Assembly: GCA_048213135.1 (NCBI GenBank)
Contig: PS015314.1
Span: 32,515-72,227, forward strand
DNA length: 39,713 bases
Origin: Reclinomonas americana ATCC 50394
Taxonomy: Eukaryota
Reading direction: 5' to 3'
Shown here: piece by piece, positions 36,076-39,713 of the stretch
Position numbering within the stretch: the stretch's first letter is position 1
Layout of the letters: the number at the start of each line of letters is the position of its first letter
Position numbers and translations under genes: made by a program
Notes under the pieces: model-generated
Database searches by the model: none
What the model saw: the letters and a program-made list of their open reading frames with translations, nothing else
Told to the model about the DNA's origin: nothing

Positions 36076-36208
36076 CAACAATTCGTTCACCACATCGTGC
36101 AGCACTGCGCGTCTTGCAACTGATGACCAAGTCCAAGCCCAAAACATCAATGCAAACACCAATCTTGAGGGCAGTGGAGGGTTTCTTGTGTCAGGCTTCT
36201 CGGAGCTC
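36076..36208 (-). repeat. Dispersed ~130-bp repeat, copy B
   Basis: Reverse complement reads gagctccgag...cacaagaaaccc...ctgccctcaagattggtgtttgcattgatgttttgg...tcatca...ggtgaacgaatt, matching 5831-5964. Confidence 0.75.
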
Positions 36209-36758
36209 GCACAGAGATCTATAGATTTCGTCGATCGCGACGTCATGATCGATATCGTGTTTACGCACGCGCGCAGCAGCACTTGGACCGCGAAGGCAAT
36301 GGCACTCTGCTCAAACAGTGCGGTCCGGATTTCCCCACACTCCCAACATTGCAGGTAGACCTGCGTAAAGCGGATTCGATATCGACTTCGCAGCAAAACC
36401 CCACCGCAAGATCTCCGCTCAAAGGTGATCAAGGTGGTCGGAGATCAACGCCCAGCTTGGTACCGGAGCTCCACAGACAGACTGTGCTTTGTGGCACCTG
36501 CAATCGAGCGAGCTCGAGATCAGCAGTTGCAGGACATCGGTTCTGATCAAGATGCTCAGATAAGAAGCTGCGCGTAAAAGGAGTGAGATCACTCTGATCA
36601 AGAACTACACACACACTCTCTCTCCCTCCCTCCCTACCCCCTCTCCCTCCCTCTGAAGTCAATCTAATTTCGACGTCGCGTTTGACTGCACTTCGCGAGC
36701 ACCATCTCACATCATCGATGCCAGTGGAGCACACACACAGCACCCGCACACCACAACC

Positions 36759-37088
36759 ATGAGAAGCGCCAACATGCGCTCATTATCCTCATCCTCGCTA
36801 TCAACAACAACAAGAAGAAGAGGATGGACACTTCTCGCGACTCTTCTCACCATGATGACACTCTCCACAATGATGACAATGATGATAATGGGAACAGGGG
36901 GAGTGGAGGCGCAAGTGGTTCCTGCGGGAGCAGCCTGTGCAGAGGGAATGTTTCTCAATCCAGTGGTGCTGTTCGCCTCGGCGGCGGCCAATGCGGCAAC
37001 TGCGGGACCTTGTAACACTCTGCAGACTGCGTGGTGAGTGTGGTGTCTCTCTCTTTCTCTCTCGCACACACACACACACACACACACA

Positions 37089-37124
<36 letters not shown>

Positions 37125-39687
37125 ATGATTGTTATGATTACTGTCAGTGTCGATCTCACTCACTTTGTAACTCTTCCTCTCTCGCACACANNNNNNNNNN
37201 NNNNNNNNNNNNNNNNNNNNNNNNNNNNNNNNNNNNNNNNNNNNNNNNNNNNNNNNNNNNNNNNNNNNNNNNNNNNNNNNNNNNNNNNNNNNNNNNNNNN
37301 NNNNNNNNNNNNNNNNNNNNNNNNNNNNNNNNNNNNNNNNNNNNNNNNNNNNNNNNNNNNNNNNNNNNNNNNNNNNNNNNNNNNNNNNNNNNNNNNNNNN
37401 NNNNNNNNNNNNNNNNNNNNNNNNNNNNNNNNNNNNNNNNNNNNNNNNNNNNNNNNNNNNNNNNNNNNNNNNNNNNNNNNNNNNNNNNNNNNNNNNNNNN
37501 NNNNNNNNNNNNNNNNNNNNNNNNNNNNNNNNNNNNNNNNNNNNNNNNNNNNNNNNNNNNNNNNGGGGCGAAAGGGGCGAAAGGGGGGAAAGGGGGAAAG
37601 GGGGAAAGGGGGAAAGGGGGAAAGGGACAAGGAGAGGGGTGAAGGAAATGAGAGGAGGACAGAGACATGAGAGAAGGGAACAATAATGGAGGGAATTGAA
37701 GGATATGTAAAGTGACCGAGAGGGAGTGTGGAAATACAGAGCACGGAACGGAAGAGAGGGAGGGTGAGGAGAGAGGAGTGGGAGGAAGAGATGTCCTTGA
37801 AATGAGTGAGCACTTTCCGACAGTGAATGTGATAATTAGGAGGCGAGAGAGAGAGAGAAAATATCGGAGAGGCGAGTGAAAATAGTCGTGAGACACTGTC
37901 TATGAACTGAAACAGGCATCTTGTGTGGTGCTTGCCCACCGGTAGCAACACTCAGTGCAACATGACAAAAGCTATAAACAAAGATTGTGCGTGTGAGAAA
38001 GGAGATACGATAATCAGACAGGCGAGAGCACGTTAAGGACCACGTGCGCGAATATTGAGACAGGCATCCTGAGGTACGCGCGCATTCTCTCATACACATA
38101 CACACATGCAGAGACTGAGCGCCTCGCTGCGTACACTAAATACAAACAAAACAGAGACGGGAGCTTCCGAACACACTCTCATAAATCAGCGCGAGAACTC
38201 TCCAAAATGCACTCGCAAACTGACTGCTCACAAACACTCTGGCTGACACACACACACACACACACACACATGCAGAGAGGTACACACAAGCACGCAACAC
38301 ACGCATTCTCTCGCACACATGAAAAAAAGACACACATGACAAAGTAATGATAAAGATGTCACTGTCTCATTGCAATTGCAGAGTGTGAATCGAGCGCAGA
38401 GTGAGTAAGAGAGTGAGCAAGAGGAAGAGTGAGAGAGAGGAGGGGGAGAGATCGTCATTGACAGTGGTCAGGAGTCTGTGTGTGTGTGTGGTGTGCGTTN
38501 NNNNNNNNNNNNNNNNNNNNNNNNNNNNNNNNNNNNNNNNNNNNNNNNNNNNNNNNNNNNNNNNNNNNNNNNNNNNNNNNNNNNNNNNNNNNNNNNNNNN
38601 NNNNNNNNNNNNNNNNNNNNNNNNNNNNNNNNNNNNNNNNNNNNNNNNNNNNNNNNNNNNNNNNNNNNNNNNNNNNNNNNNNNNNNNNNNNNNNNNNCCC
38701 CTTTCCCCTCTTTCCCCCTCTCTCCCCCCTTCCCCCTTTCCACCCTTCCCCCTTTCCACCCTTCCCCCGTTCCCCCTTTCCCCCCTCCCCCCTTCCCCTT
38801 CCTCATCCTTCTCCTTTCCCCTCGCAGCACCCTGGCCACCGCCACAAGTCTTATCCCGAACAGCTACACGGCATCCTCCGTCATCTACCTCACTCCCGGC
38901 AACTACACCCTCACGCAAACGCTGACCATGGTTGCGCCGGCCGCCGGCTTTGGGTTAATCAGCATGGACCCCACTCCGGGCGCGGTGGTACTCAAGCCAG
39001 CGCCGTCGGCCTCCGCAACCTTTGGCGCGGCCGTCTCCCTGGTGGACATTGTGACTGCCTCGATGGTACCGCTGGTGGGACCGATGTGCGTGTCGGGATT
39101 GACGGTGTTGGGTCCGGGACCACTGTCTCTCCACGTGGTCACCTACAGTGCGGGTTTCACCACGCCACTTGCCATCCCCGTGCTGGTCATGTCCAGCACG
39201 TTTCTCGGTTCGGGTGTCGGTCGTGGCCTGGTCATGGGTGAGAATCTGATCTCATTCGTTTTTTTCTATTCTGCACCTGCTCTGCGTTTCATGATTTTGT
39301 TCTCCTTGTGCATAGAATTCATTTCTACATTTGGCGGCGCTGTCAATGTCACGCTCGCCGCATTGTCGTTCACCAACTACGAGACCGGAACGTGGCTCTT
39401 CGCCCTGCAGGGCGGCAGCGTGCTGATCTACAACGTGACGTCGACCGGCAACACCATCAACGTTGCCAATCCGCCGGCATATCCGTCTCGTGTCGCCGCT
39501 TTTGCCCCTTACGTTACCGTCAATCCGGGCGTCGGCGGCGCCGGAATGCGTATCCAGGGACCTTCACTCATCGCCGTCGTCAACTCGATAATCAACAACA
39601 ATGCAATCGTCGGCGAGGCAGCCGTTTTGCCCATCTCCGTTGCCGGAGCTGGTCTGCTGCTGGATGTTAGCACCATTATGCCATCGG
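36759..39687 (+). CDS. Secreted/surface protein, probable parallel beta-helix (pectin-lyase-like/PMP-like); 3' partial
   Basis: Exons 36759-37033, 38828-39237, 39316-39687 join in phase. Basic then hydrophobic leader ending VEA|Q, then GPCNTLQTA...VIYLTPGNYTL, later GGAVNV, GGAGM and NSIINNN with several N-x-S/T sites. Gaps in intron 1 could hide extra exons. Confidence 0.62.
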
Positions 39688-39713
39688 TACGCTTTCAGCC
39701 GTACCTTCTCCCC

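Noticed and set aside
35996-36601. Short ORFs between the MAPK and the surface-protein gene
   Set aside because: No recognisable motifs or consistent splice model; only the dispersed repeat and palindromes are supportable.

Overview
Eukaryotic (protist-like) draft scaffold with several N-gaps, dense spliceosomal introns and abundant GA/CT, CAGA and CA microsatellites. Splicing exons by hand gives eight protein-coding genes: (1) CHD1L/ALC1-type SNF2 remodeller (-, runs off the window start); (2) TANGO2/NRDE-family protein (+); (3) an NLR-like STAND protein with an N-terminal HEPN domain (RNEVAH), NB-ARC-like NTPase and about 22 42-aa TPRs (+); (4) DHX33-like DEAH helicase (+) whose middle contig is inverted between gaps; (5) a protein with NLS, RING, B-box, coiled coil, about 30 FG dipeptides and a C-terminal HMG box (-); (6) NAA35/MAK10 (+); (7) a MAP kinase with a TMY activation loop and a U12-type AT-AC intron (-); (8) a signal-peptide beta-helix-like surface protein (+, runs off the end). 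The best candidates for new biology are the HEPN-STAND-TPR receptor, the TRIM-like RBCC-FG-HMG protein and the splicing features (minor intron, recurrent GTTGCG donors, complementary intron ends). Domain calls come from motif recognition by eye, with no database searches, and the gene models have no transcript support.
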